This document shows, one piece after another, positions 15,087 to 27,570 of a stretch of DNA of 64,000 bases (its first letter is position 1; the number at the start of each line of letters is the position of its first letter). A model generated the notes under the pieces. It saw nothing but the letters and a program-made list of their open reading frames with translations. It did not search any database and was not told the origin of the DNA. The DNA is from Ruditapes philippinarum (lineage: Eukaryota): positions 1 through 64,000 of the forward strand of contig NW_026861101.1 of assembly GCF_026571515.1 (NCBI RefSeq), in the 5' to 3' direction. The position numbers and the translations under genes are program-made.

Positions 15087-16157
15087 ATAGGTTAGTGTTT
15101 AATAATATGCATTAACAAAAATAATTGGTCAAGCCTGCCGCAGGCAGGCGACCAATTATTTTTGTAATGCATATTATTAAACATTAACCTATTTAATGAT
15201 CAACATTATTTTTTTCAACTAACAACAAGGCATTTCTCTAAATTACCTATAGCTCCGCCCTTTCGCTCTACAACATGTCTACACCTTGTCAAGTTGCTAA
15301 CATGTCACATTTAGATAAGCTAAATAAATGGCCCAGGCACATTTTTTACTGAAATGTCACAGAATTTATACCTTTATCTACAGTAAGACTATCATGTTTA
15401 TAATATATTTGGAAAAAACAGTGAGGAAAACGTTGCAATTAGGTAAAAACAATGGAGTTAATGAAATGTGTACATCCTTTTAAAATAAATGGAAAATGTG
15501 AGAAAAAAATACATTAGAGATTATTTATTGATACAATTTCGTTATTAGCTTCAAGTTTAATCACTACATTTAAAATCCCTATTGATTTGCTCATTTGAAA
15601 AACAGTTCATTTTTTTTCTGTGTGAAGGGGGTCCATTTTCAATGAGTTTTCCAGCCAAAAAAATGTAATCATTGTATTCTTGATATCAATGATTGTTAAT
15701 GCAGTTTATTCCTATCAAGTGAAAGAAAATAATGTTTTGGTTACTTTTTCTATAAAATATAAAGTTTAAAACAGTCAGCAATTTATAACAGTCATTTTTC
15801 TTAGAGTTCAAAGGATATAAAAAAGTTAATATGCAATCATTTGTCTCTGCGTACCCAACATGTATTATCTATGTAATAAATCAGTTGATTGTATCCTCGC
15901 ATTTAGAAACACCTGACCTCGACTAATTTTTTTTATGTTGGCATTGTTTTGCTAACTTTGACATTTTACAAATCAGAGTGTAAACCATACCTCTAACTCC
16001 TCCCTAATATAATGCATTATTGAAATTTGTTAGACTGCGGTTAGACGACAGATTAAGTGAATTTTATTTAGTTAGTACACATTAACTAAAGTTAGACAAA
16101 GCAGAAATTTGAAAAATACTACAATGTGATTGGACAAAAAATAATGTTGATCATTAA
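15087..16157. mobile_element. Non-autonomous element: 106-bp palindrome (15087-15192) abutting an inverted-repeat pair (15193 to 16157); possibly Crypton-like
   Basis: Palindrome arms ataggtta.tgtttaataatatgcatta.caaaaataattggtc..gcctgcc / ggcaggc.gaccaatt..., and TTAATGATCAACATTATTTTTT inverted at both ends of 15193-16157. Confidence 0.6.
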
Positions 16158-17213
16158 GTCTTTTTACCATTGGGAACAGTACCTTTTTTGAGTAGTAGTT
16201 ATAACTTATATAAAGAAAAAAACACTGTTATCTATCAGAAATAATTTCACCTTTAATTGAAGTGTTTTCGTTAGCCAATGGAAATTCTGTACATGTTATT
16301 TACAAGTTTTAATTATTAAAAATACTTTGTCATGATCTACATGTAACTACTGCTGGATATTGACCCACAGACTTTAAGGTCAATTATACAGTAGTGTTCT
16401 TGTGCAGTCATGAAAAACAGACCTGTGCGTTTCATCTTGTTTCAAATTTAGTCACTCATTATAGCCTAACATATTGTGCGCCAGGGTTTGCTTTATAAAT
16501 GATGCTTTGTGACATCTATGTTATATAATTTTTTAAGTATTTTTACTTCAAATAGTTATCTTTTCTTAGTATCTCTGAGATCAAACAACAATAAAATGAA
16601 TAGTTTTCATGAATCTTCCAAACACCCCTTCAAATACTCCTGCCTCATATTTAGGCATTACTCTTAATTCTTATCACACACCCAATCCAATCTCAAAAAT
16701 TCATTCATGAGCTGTTTATTTTTCACTAGAAGCGCCCTGGATTATATCAACTTGTGTGCACAAAAGCTTAATTTTTGACAGACATGTAAGCTGTCTGTCA
16801 AATGAAAACAATGCATAGAAATGTTTTTTTTTGTTTTTCTTTAACCCATCTTTTACTAAAAGGTTCTTGTTGCTTAAATACATAGAATAGGAAGCAGGTT
16901 GACAGTCATAAAAAGCAAAAACACAAAAGCAGCCCAATCTATCACAAGGAATTCAAAGAAAAAAAAAAAGATTTATGATGGAATGAAAAAGCTCAATGAG
17001 TATTATTATGTTGGTCAAATCTCAATATATAGTCTACCTAAAGAAAGGTTTGAAAAAATTTAGACATTGTAAGCTTACTGACACTAGGGTATCAGCCATC
17101 AGTTTGTTTAAAGCAGGGTCAAATCCCTATGATTTTAACAAAATTTGACCCTCCAGTTAAAATCCTGAGGGTCAAATCAGGCCTTTGGAAATTTGAGGGG
17201 TCTAACAGACACC

Positions 17214-18275
17214 CTGTTAAAGTTTTGCATGCACCATCAACATTAAATTATTCAATTTAAACTTAACACATATTTTTTGGATCATACATGTAATTGGTGA
17301 TTATTATCCAAGGCTCATAACTCTAGCATGGATTTTGCCAGAATTATAACCCTTTTTGAACAAGAAGTTCCTGATGCTACCTCAATCTTCAAAACTACTG
17401 AGGTAGTCACTTAAAACTTAATATTCAGGATTAAAATTGATCACCATCCAAGGTCCATAACTTTACTCTAGCATGGATTATTGCAGAATTCAGATTTCAG
17501 GTTAAAGTTTTGGTTTAGTAAAATATTTTTCACTATAACTTTTTCATTTTCTTAAGGTATCAACTTCAAACTTCAAATATATGTTACTTTTCATCAACCT
17601 CATCTTATGTGGCAAGGTTCATAACTCTAGCACAATATTTTCAGATGTATCTCCCCTTGAACTTAGAATTTCCCTTAAAAATACTAATTGTTACTGTTAC
17701 TTATTTATTTCTTACTAAGGGATCAAGTTCATACTTCAAATATATGTTCCTTATCATTAACCACATGTTATATGACAAGGTTCATAACTCCAGCACCAAT
17801 ATTGCAAGAATTATCTCCCCATAACTAAGATTTTTTTACTTGAAAAATGTAGTTTTTTCTATAACTTCTTCAGTTTTAAAGATATCTACCTCAAACTTCA
17901 AATACTTATTCATTATCATCAATTACATCTTATGGTACAAGGTTCATAACTATTGACGCAATATTGTCAGATTAATCTCTCTTTGAACTTAGGAATTACC
18001 TTAAGAAATACTTCTTTACTTTTAAGGTATCTACTTTAAACTTCAAATATCATTACACACATGTTGTGTGACAAGTTTCATAACTCTAGCATGACTATTT
18101 CCAGAATTATTCCCCCTTGAACATGGAATTTATGTTAACAAATATTATTTTTTTACTATAACTTAATACATAATAATAATTATACATACTTGATTTTTTT
18201 TCATAGTTTTGTGTTGCGTACTGTGTCTAGTATTTTATTAGTCGAGCTTCGCTGTCGCCTTTGACAGCTTTTGTT
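17214..18275 (+). mobile_element. Second HINE-type element with ~140-165-bp diverged tandem repeats, nested in the Harbinger
   Basis: Recurrent aaggttcataactc(tagc) at ~17309, 17450, 17614, 17778, 17939 and 18073; 3' end gtcgagcttcgctgtc..gacagcttttgtt. Confidence 0.7.
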
Positions 18276-19139
18276 GATTTATGTACCTTTATTTTCTTAA
18301 AAAGATTTTTTTTTTTATATTTTCAGATGATATCACACTATTCATTAACCTCGGATTTTGTAGTCATCCAGACTGACAGTAGTATGGAGAATAAAGATAT
18401 CAACATAGTAGCAACATGTTACATAATTTATAATGCTGCTGAACATAGCATTACTTCCTTGACCAAATACATGGAGAATGAATCGGGATTAATGTGTAGT
18501 GACTATATACTTCCATAATGTATCAGATTTTCTATCTGACAGCTCATGGCATATAACATCAAATATCACCTGTTGCAGCTTTAAATCATGGACACTAAAT
18601 ACATGAAAAACACATAGGAACAATGAAGACTTAACAGTTACTGTGTTCATAAACACTGGAACACATCAGAGGAATCAAACTCTAGAAGACCACTAGTAAT
18701 CCAAAAGATTCATACCTGGGTACATCATCAAGGAGCCTTATTGTTACTAACTTTTATGCAGGACATGTCATTATCAAATTTCTTGTGTGATAAAAAATGT
18801 GTGATAAAATGTAAAATCTATCAAGCCGATTGTGTTCATAATATGCAAGAGGAATTGGTCCAATGTTTTCATCGAAAAACACATGAACATTCTAACTTGT
18901 GAGAAACTTGAAGACTATCAAAAGGATAACTATGAAAGAAAATTTCATTCATGGAAAAAGAACTGTGTGAATTAAGATCAGAATTAACATTTCCTAGTAA
19001 TTGTTTTCATTAAGATTATCAGCACCACTTTTTATAGAAGAAAAAATGAATGTTATATTCATTCGGTATGACTGACCTGTTGGTGTTGTTGATTTTCATT
19101 ATACAATACATGTACTTACAAATCTATTACATCAAAACT

Positions 19140-19565
19140 TTATATGTGGATGAACCTTGATGAGTTTAACCTGAACCCCTCATTTTCAGGTTAAAAGGTC
19201 AAAGTCACTGACTTGTGGTAACCAAACATAAAACTAGCCATTTAATAGGCATTTACTGAGAAAATCAGACTTTGACAAATTGTATGTACCAGATTTAACC
19301 ATGATGAGTTGTACCTGCCATGATACTCATTTTGTGTCAAAAGGTCATGGTGGTGGTTATCAATGACCTGTGTTGATATTTTTAATAAGATTTTTAAGGT
19401 CAAGAACACATATTGAAATGTGGGCACAGCCTGCTTAGTCAAAGTTAAGGTCGATGTGATTTTATTCAAATTATCTATTTTTGTAGAAAATATGAAGTTT
19501 ACTATCCAGATAAGCTCTGAGAAAACTGGAGTGCACTGCTCTTCTGACAGCTCAGTCTTACTTGT
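19140..19565 (+). mobile_element. Degenerate HINE-type remnant
   Basis: aggtcaa motifs and a 3' end resembling 18241-18275 (gctcttctgacagctc..cttgtt). Confidence 0.45.
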
Positions 19566-20224
19566 TTTTCTTTGCTATCCTTGAACTATTCATGAAAATT
19601 GTTTGGAATTTGTGAGCATTTGAATGAAATTTTCTGTATAATTAGAACAGTCAAAACTGCAGAACTGGAGATATAAGTTTGTAAACCTCTTAATGTTCTA
19701 AACTACTATGCCGGCAGCTTTCAGTATGTCTAAAAACATTAATCTGCAGTGCAAGCACTATCATAATGTCAAAAATAGAAAGCATTGGCTATATACTTGG
19801 TCACAGCTTCTGAAATATGTATTTTCTTCTAACATGTATGTGTGATTTAAAAAAAACTGTTCATGTAAAGTTTTACATTTGATAATGCAATCAAAAAGAA
19901 ATAAATAATAAAATAAAACAACCTGTGTCTTGTTTACACACTAGATGATTTATCATTTAGAAGCAGAATAGCTGAAAAGCATGACATGTAATTTAAATGC
20001 CTTCTTTTTGTATTATTTTAAAAGAACTTTTATCGCAACATTTCAATGAAAAAAAATGAAATTTTAGCCATCTGTCTGTACTAGGTTTAACTTTCCATGC
20101 ATCTTTACCATGGGCTTCATACACTTATTTATACAAATTTAAGCAAGTCACTTCCTCCCTCTCCATTATTTAATTTTTTTATCCTATATAATGGCTAGCC
20201 TAACCCATCAAGTTCAGTCATCTT

Positions 20225-20467
20225 ATATGAGCCGCGTCACGACAAAACCAACGTTATGCGTTTGCGACCAGCTTGGATCCAAACCAGTCTGCGCATCCGC
20301 ACAGTCTGATCAGGATCCATGCTGTTCGCTACCAGTTTCTCTACTTGAAATAGGGTTTGTAAGCGAACAGCACAGATCCAGACCAGACTGTGTGGATGCG
20401 CAGGCTGGTCTGGAGCCATGCTGGTCGCAAACCCATTATATTGGTTTTGGCGTGACGCGGCTCATAT
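20225..20467. mobile_element. Fold-back (fully palindromic) MITE, 243 bp
   Basis: ATATGAGCCGCGTCACG..CGTGACGCGGCTCATAT termini; arms complementary nearly to the centre. Confidence 0.9.
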
Positions 20468-21699
20468 GTGCTATTGAGTTTTGCCAATACATAGGCCATG
20501 GCCTTGACAAATAACATAAATGGAGTATCCATTTCCCCCAAATTGATTCCCATTTTAGGCTATAAAACTTAATATAGTTTTATACTTAGATATAGATTTT
20601 CATTTTATAATTCATGTTGCCATCCCTTCCATATAATCTACATCTTTTAGTTTTATATGGTACTTTGACATGTTTTCAGCTGGATTTGACAGCTATAAAC
20701 ACCCGGTTCTAATTTTAGACATTGAAGAGCACTTCCGTTACTATTTTTAGTAACGGAAAACCCCTCTTTCATTAGCAACCGACTTAAGAATTTTCTTAAG
20801 TAAAATATTTATTACTTAAGATATTTCTCAATCTTAAGAATAATCTCAGCTAAGTTTTTCTTAAGTCATTTTCAGAATACGACTTAATCTTAAGATAAAA
20901 AATTTTCTTAGCTAAGATTTTTTTTTCAACTTATGTTTTAACTTAAGAAATAACTTAAGATCAGTTGTGAATACGGCCCCAGGGTCAAAGTCACTGTTAC
21001 TAAAAATAGAAATTCAGTTTCAGCTCAATAACTTGAGTTTGCTTTGGCCTATTGACACCAAACGTGGTATATGGGTAGGTTATATCAAAAGGCATCTTGG
21101 GATTGCTACCCAGATGTCAGTGGTCAAGGTCACTGATACTAAAAATAGAAATTCAGTTTATGCTCAATAACTTGAGTTTGCTTTGGTCTATTGACACCAA
21201 ACTTGATGAATGGGTAGCTTATATCAAGAGGCAGCTTTGGATTGCTACCCAGGTGTCTGTGATCAAGGTTAATGTATTCATTTTTCATGTAATAACTTGA
21301 GTTTGCTTTGACCTTTTGACACCAAACTTGCTGTGTGGTAGCTTTGGATTGCCACTTAGATATCTGGGGGCAAGGTCAAGGTCATTTGCCTACAATAGAA
21401 TTTTCAGCTTCTACTCAATAACTTCAGTGCACTTTGACCTATTGATTGCTGTCACATCAAAACTTGGTCGTTGAAAACCTGGTTTTCGTCGCATTGCGGC
21501 GCTTCTTGTTATATGTTATGAGATAAGAAAGGTTTCTGATTAGCCTTTTTTATTCATCATCACATGTTTTGTAAAGCTTAAATAATCTTGAACATCATTT
21601 TCATAATACAAAATACTTTACGTTGAAGTTTTTTTGTGTTTTTGCAAAAGTCCGTTAAATTTACAAATTAAACATTTTAAAAGATCAAAAAGAGAAAAT

Positions 21700-22691
21700 G
21701 GAATCCCTAAAGAACGCGCAAAACAGTAAAATTGAAAATGTTATAGCCTCAGTGTGATTGAGCTTTGATTTTGATTTTTTGAGATGGGTAGATTACCATA
21801 GTAGTAAGTGAAAGCCACCGTCAACAACGCCTAAGACCGGATTAAGTGAAATTCAACATTTTATTACGAAAGTGGTGAAATTTTGAATTTAGAAAATGCC
21901 CTACGTTTGATGTCTTGGCATTTTATTGTCAAACGAAGAAAAAAACAACAAGCCTTCGGAAATGTTTTTATCATTTCTATAACTTTAAGCTAATGCATAC
22001 CGAAGACTTCCAATCTGTTGAAGAACTGACATTTAATGATAGATAAATACAAGTTCAATCACAAAGGATGAGCATGATTCTAAAGTTATGATAATAGAAA
22101 ACGGATTGGTGTGATTTATTACTGCTTCTAAAATGGTAGAAAAACTTTGTTACACTTCTCAGGAGTGGTATGTTATATGCACGTGATTACTTTCGTTAGT
22201 ACTGTTTGACCTTTTAGGCAAGATGTACTCGATGACATGCAATGTCTTTATAATCTCGAAGTCCGATATACATATGTGGTAAAATGTAAAACATGTGAAC
22301 GAAAAAAAAAATTTCGCCAAGAAAATTTTGGACTTGTGAGAGGCTGTAAATGACCCCAGATTGATCATAAGGTAACGTGTAACCAACGCTGAAAAGCATT
22401 TGACTCTATCTCAATCCATTGAGAAGTTGCAGCACTTTGAAATCAATTTTGATGGAAAAAATCAACGCAAAATAGTGATTTTTGGCAATTTTGAGATGTC
22501 CCCTCGTTGCCATGGTAACAGAAAATTTAAGCCTGAGCATGTTGTTGCAAGGGCAATGGTCCAGTCAACATTTGTGCCAAGTTTGATTAGTGTTGAAGCA
22601 TTTTTTATAGTATTATAGCAATTTGAACTTGTAACGGGAGACTTTTCAATGAAAACAGCCATTTTTCACAAAATGCTCATGAAGTAATGGG
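21700..22691. mobile_element. Truncated TTAA-targeting (piggyBac-like) DNA transposon remnant; only the right end is visible
   Basis: Ends ...AATGGG followed by TTAA at 22692-95; the paralog at ~35765 shows the empty ttaa-agtaagctg site; no matching left TIR seen. Confidence 0.5.
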
Positions 22692-22695
22692 TTAA

Positions 22696-23640
22696 AGTAA
22701 GCTGTTTCACGTGCCAATAATATCATATCCTGCCATTTTATGTTGTTCATTAAGAAATAAGAAAGGCCTCTGGCACTCAATATTTTCATCTTGTCTTCAA
22801 CAAACATATGAAAATTTTAACATCATTTTGAAGATGGGAACAAGTATAACTGATAATTTTTAATGAATTTAGTGAATCATTTAATTTTTTAAACATGCTT
22901 AAAACTGAATTTTTGAAATGATACTTCATTGTTATTTTCATAGAAATAAACATGGAGGTGAATATAAGGATAGGGTGTTTAATTTATGTTGATGAAATAT
23001 TCCTAATAAGTTTGTTCTAAATCGTGACAATAATAAACTACTCAATGAGACAAAGATTAAATGTTATATTTAAACAGTTAAAATTTGGAACACTTTTAAA
23101 CTTATAAGGAGAACATTTGTTCAGAAACTATCAATCTCACTTTATTTAATTTTATTGCTCAATTGCTAGACACATCCAGAATGTCTGTGAACGTTTTGTA
23201 CGGTTTTTTTATTCAATAATTTCATTCTATCTTGAAATATCTAACCAATGTATACTAATTTAAAAACGTTCATCGTCGTAATTCATGTAATATGAATTTG
23301 CATAATTTATGGTTTACATGTCCAAATATCATGCAGAGAAAACTGTACTATTTGCATCATAAGCAATTATATAAAATATTGGTATGATAATGAGATGCAA
23401 ATCACAAGACCTGGGGAAAAATTGAAAATGTTCATATTTAATGAATAATTCAGGCAATAAATGACAAGATAATGTAGTTAGCAACCTCAGTCCTTCATAT
23501 CTGCATATAGAAAAGATTTTTGATTGTGTACGTCATAATTTGAAACAAATGACCTAAGGGTCTTTATAGAATAACTGCAGTCAAATGACAATAGCTAGAA
23601 GACATAAAGATGTTATATTTTATAATCTATTATAATAATT
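22696..23640 (+). repeat. Duplicated block T (copy at ~35770-36735; more diverged copy at ~9070-9705)
   Basis: agtaagctgtttcacgtgccaataatatcatatc shared by 22696 and 35769; ataagaaaggc and atatcatgcagagaaaactgta-type motifs shared by all three copies. Confidence 0.9.
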
Positions 23641-26600
23641 TATTTGTACGACTTTTGAACAACATTTATTTAACAAGCTGTTCAATATTGGTATGAATTC
23701 AAAGAGCTTTTTCAAAAAAAAAATAGTTTTGCTGTACTGAAATATTGTGTTACAAAATACGACATAATAAAACCTTGGGTGTTTTTTTTTCTGTATTGGA
23801 ACAATGCAAACCCTTTAACTTTAAAGTACATACAATAACTGTGAGTAAAAAGCGCATATTTAATTAAGTATGCTACTAAAGACCAACGCATATTTCATAT
23901 GAAATTGATTTTTAACATCTAAATGATTGCAGCGTTCATAGCGGTATTTGGTGCAAATATATGCAACCTGACCAAACTGAATAACCTTGCAAGTTATTAA
24001 CCTTTAGCTGCTGCTCCTTATTGGCTTTTTATGCAATTGCAAAAAATCTTTAAGGTTTCCATCTTAAAATCTTGACAAGTGAACAACGAAAGATTAGTTC
24101 CTTGACAGTAACAATGTTATAAACTGGTTTACAAATCAAACAATGACTATGTACTGTGCCATATAGAGCAATATTATTGCTGAATACATTCGTTTTTTTT
24201 TGTAAACTACAATTTCTCTTAGATACATTTTCAAATTGCTAAACGTGTAATGGCAATATTGTTAGTAGATTACATACACAATTTGAAATATTATAGTCTA
24301 TTTTTGAATCACATTTCAATTATTGATTACTGTTTTATCAAATTGGATTTTGATTTCAGTTGTCTTATCTTGATTTGTATTTTTTTTAATTTTAATAGTT
24401 TTAATGTTTCTCTTTATTTTATTTTAAAGTCTTAGATTATTCTTCATGTTAATATTTGTTATTGTAAAACTTTGTATGATCGACTGAGTTTTAGACTTTA
24501 AGATTAATCATGGCATATTTTATATTTTGTAAATGTATACATATAATTATGTGTGTTATTATTTTTATTAATTTTTGTTTGTTTTTAAAGTCATTGTAAA
24601 TGTATATAATTCCATTGTAAAGCGCCTTTACATTTTATTTTTGAGAACGGCGCTATAAAAATGTGGTAATTATTATTATAATGATTATTATTATTATTAT
24701 TTGTTATTGAATAGAATTTGCATTGAGTAAAATACTACCATTCGAGAGCATTTGAAATATTGAATACAAACCTAATGTCCATTTCCTCATTTAATTTAAA
24801 CTTGAACATTGAAATATGCTTAATTATGCTTTATTCGAAATGTGTTTTAATTGACTTTGATTAATGCATACTAAACACTTCTATATACTAAAGTTACATA
24901 TCGTATTTCAAATGCACCAATTAAAATCAATATTATAAATATTCACATTAACAGGATAATAATTAATATCATATTAATCAGCATACTATTTATACTATTA
25001 ATATACATAAATTTCTCATTCAGTTTAGCTTTTTTTATGAAAAGATATATCTGAAGGAACGCGACATGACAGGAATATTGTAATAAAAGAATTAATCCTA
25101 TTTAAAATATATATACAGTTATATGAAAACACTTTTTCAACTTGAACTCATATCGTTGATAGATACGGCGTAAATTTTAATAGATCTAAATTCGATCCAG
25201 CTGAGCCTATAATTGTATAATATAGGCATATCTTTGCTGTCGGGGGACCTACCTGTCTCAGAATTGTTTTCATTTCATTCTGTTATCAGTGTCGGTATAT
25301 CAAATAAACATAAAGTTTATACTCACATGAGGAGATGATATTACATTTATCATGCTCAACCTGAAAGTTCATCTTATTAGATTTTCAACGTTATTTTCAG
25401 AGGGTTAGAGTAAAATCTCAAATTCCCTTTAAAACTGCTTTATTTGATAAATACAAATATGTTGAGCATTTGCCTCAAATATAGAGCTAAGTCATCTGTG
25501 CAGTTTGACAAGGATCTAATAATGATGAAAGAGCAATTTGTTTATCATTTTGATATTGAAAAATAATTCTTTTAGGAATTCCACTCAGGTTCAAAAGCTA
25601 ACCGACACACAATTTGAATTTCTTACATAGATAAACTTAGTCACTTCAACCGCGAAACTATGCAGAAGATAATAAAGATATATACTCAAAATGAAATTAT
25701 TTGTTGATTTTAAATGCTATTCTTATATGCATGAATTGAGTTTAAGGCGTTTAAATGATTTTCACAAAAACAATGAAATAAACAAAAATGGCTTTTCTGA
25801 TAAACTGATAAACTAGAAATGATCTGAAATTTTTTTAACATGATATTGTTCGAGACCTACTTCAAATAAGACTCAAATATTTAACATATTGTCAGGCTCG
25901 TCGTGCCCGAACACATCAATGTTGTTCCTTTAAAATTCAAACGGGCTGTTCAAAATAAAAAAAAACAAATCAGATCAATTACACAAATCAGCAAGACTAC
26001 GAAAAGAACACTTCTGACCAAACAGATTTACATTAAAATGGACTATTTGTCGATGTTGATCAATGTTTCTACAAGACACATTACACAATCGATGATTTCA
26101 CTTACAGGCGTTATTGGTAATTTTGTAAGCTAAACGAATATATATTTCAGTAATACAGCTAACTCAATGTTTTATCATATGTACTGTTATTTGAAGGAGA
26201 ATATCTATGTATTTAATTTAGAAAGATTTATTGATGATAATAACAATTATACATTTATTGTTAATTAAAGGTATAGTTTTATAATGTGCTGATAAAGTAT
26301 TTGGATACGGAACATATATTGTATATGTTGTTTTATATAAAATATACGATTTCTTTTTCACTCAGTCAATTATTTAAGTTGGATATACGTACATGTGATC
26401 GGGTAAGATTTAAAATTTTCTTTTCTTAAATTTATTATGTCTCTTGACTGTGTATGATCAAAACGTTCATGTATACAATCTAACAAGTCAGAAATTATTT
26501 AAAAAATATTAAGATTGCAAGCAAAAGTTATTGAAGAAATCGAATGAACTATCCTTAGTCTTTGAAGTAATACATCCTCGTATTAGGAAACAATAAAGTG

Positions 26601-27570
26601 TGGATCGCCCTAAAATGAAGATTTCATTTAAAAAGAAGTTTTTCGTAAAGCACAAAATAGTCGTGGATAAAAAAAAACTATTAAAAAAATACCACATATT
26701 TAATTTTATCTGTCATTTCTTCAGTATTAATTGATCAATATACATGTATCTTAATTTCTATCATCAGAAAGCCAAGTAGAGTTTTAATATTTATCCTAAC
26801 TAAATTGAATATGAAAAATAATCTTATGGTTTAGAGAATGTAGTTTAAAGAGAGATGTTAATAAATTGTTATCTTTATATCTATATCACAGTCATAAACT
26901 TGCATTGTGAATATTTTATAGATTTCTGTGTGCGATTATCTACAGTGTATAATGAAAATAGCATGCATAAAAACATTTTAACCTGGCAATTATTTACTTC
27001 TTTTAACTTTAATTCTCTCATCGTATATGTTAATTAGGTTAACTGTTACAATTGTTTACAATTTTCACAATACTGTCACCTACTTATGCAGTGTTTTGCC
27101 ACTTTTACCAAACTCACCACGTTTAGAAATATTTTGACAAAGAATAATGTGAACTAATAATAAACGGACACAGTAATTTTATTCAATTCAAACTCACAAT
27201 TGATTGTATTACATTTTTACTTGCTTGAAATGTTTATTGTTCGTATTTGAATGAATAAAAGGCCTAATTAAATATTGATTAAGTCTTTGTTGTTATCTTC
27301 TTGACAACAAAGCTAAAATACGCTGAAAGGCCAACATATGTTTGACACGGAGTATACGATGCCAATTTTCCTGCTCCAACAGGTGATTTCTTTCTTTCTC
27401 GATTGTCATAAAATGTGTCAGGATGTCGTATAAAAAGGTATAATTAATTACTTTAATGGCCATATTGATCGTATTATTATGCTATAACATTATTGAAAGC
27501 CTTATCATTTTACTGGATCAAATTATACAGGAAAACGTAAGATGATACTAGTTTTTTATTGTTGTCGTCA
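23640..27570 (+). repeat. Segmental duplication block B, copy 1 (other copies ~28860-32570 and ~37965-44140)
   Basis: Colinear shared blocks, e.g. ctgaataaccttgcaagttatt, gttatcagtgtcgg, aaaatggactatttgtcgatgttgat, cactcagtcaattatttaagttggatat, gatgtcgtataaaaaggtataatt, present in all three copies. Confidence 0.95.
24279..24700 (+). mobile_element. 5'-truncated L2/CR1-type LINE 3' end with (ATT)n tail
   Basis: gtaaagcgcc...ggcgctataaaa stem followed by ATT microsatellite; absent at paralogous ~29640. Confidence 0.6.

Larger units (their letters stand above)
13620..20979. mobile_element. PIF/Harbinger-type DNA transposon, 7360 bp, non-autonomous or decayed, with nested insertions
   Basis: Perfect 29-bp TIR GGGCCGTATTCACAACTGATCTTAAGTTA; 3-bp TSD CAG (13617-19 and 20980-82); subterminal CTTAAG repeats at both ends; splits a 145-bp tandem array. 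Confidence 0.88.
13100..21510 (+). mobile_element. Helentron-associated (HINE/pearl-like) element with ~8 core tandem repeats of ~145 bp; split by the Harbinger; 5' end not seen
   Basis: Units start at 13100, 13244, 13389, 13533, 21027, 21166, 21291 and ~21417 and carry ggtcaaggtca; terminal palindrome cgtcgcattgcggcg followed by cttcttgtt. Flanks are homologous to the contiguous 8260-8620 region. Confidence 0.8.

Noticed and set aside
20191-20553. Overlapping ORFs of 60-107 aa (and 1685..2056)
   Set aside because: By-products of the GC-richer palindromic MITE.
13100-21450. CRISPR-like array from the regular 145-bp repeats
   Set aside because: Whole units repeat with no unique spacers, there are no cas genes, and the context is eukaryotic. 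It fits HINE core repeats.
25461-25520. miRNA-like hairpin conserved in three copies
   Set aside because: Pairing is weak and bulged, and conservation is no higher than the flanks. It is explained by duplication of a decayed TM2/ECL1 region.
23640-27570. Toll-like receptor pseudogenes
   Set aside because: LRRs are followed by CC-hinge and multi-TM rhodopsin motifs (ERF/DRF), and no TIR-domain remnant was seen.
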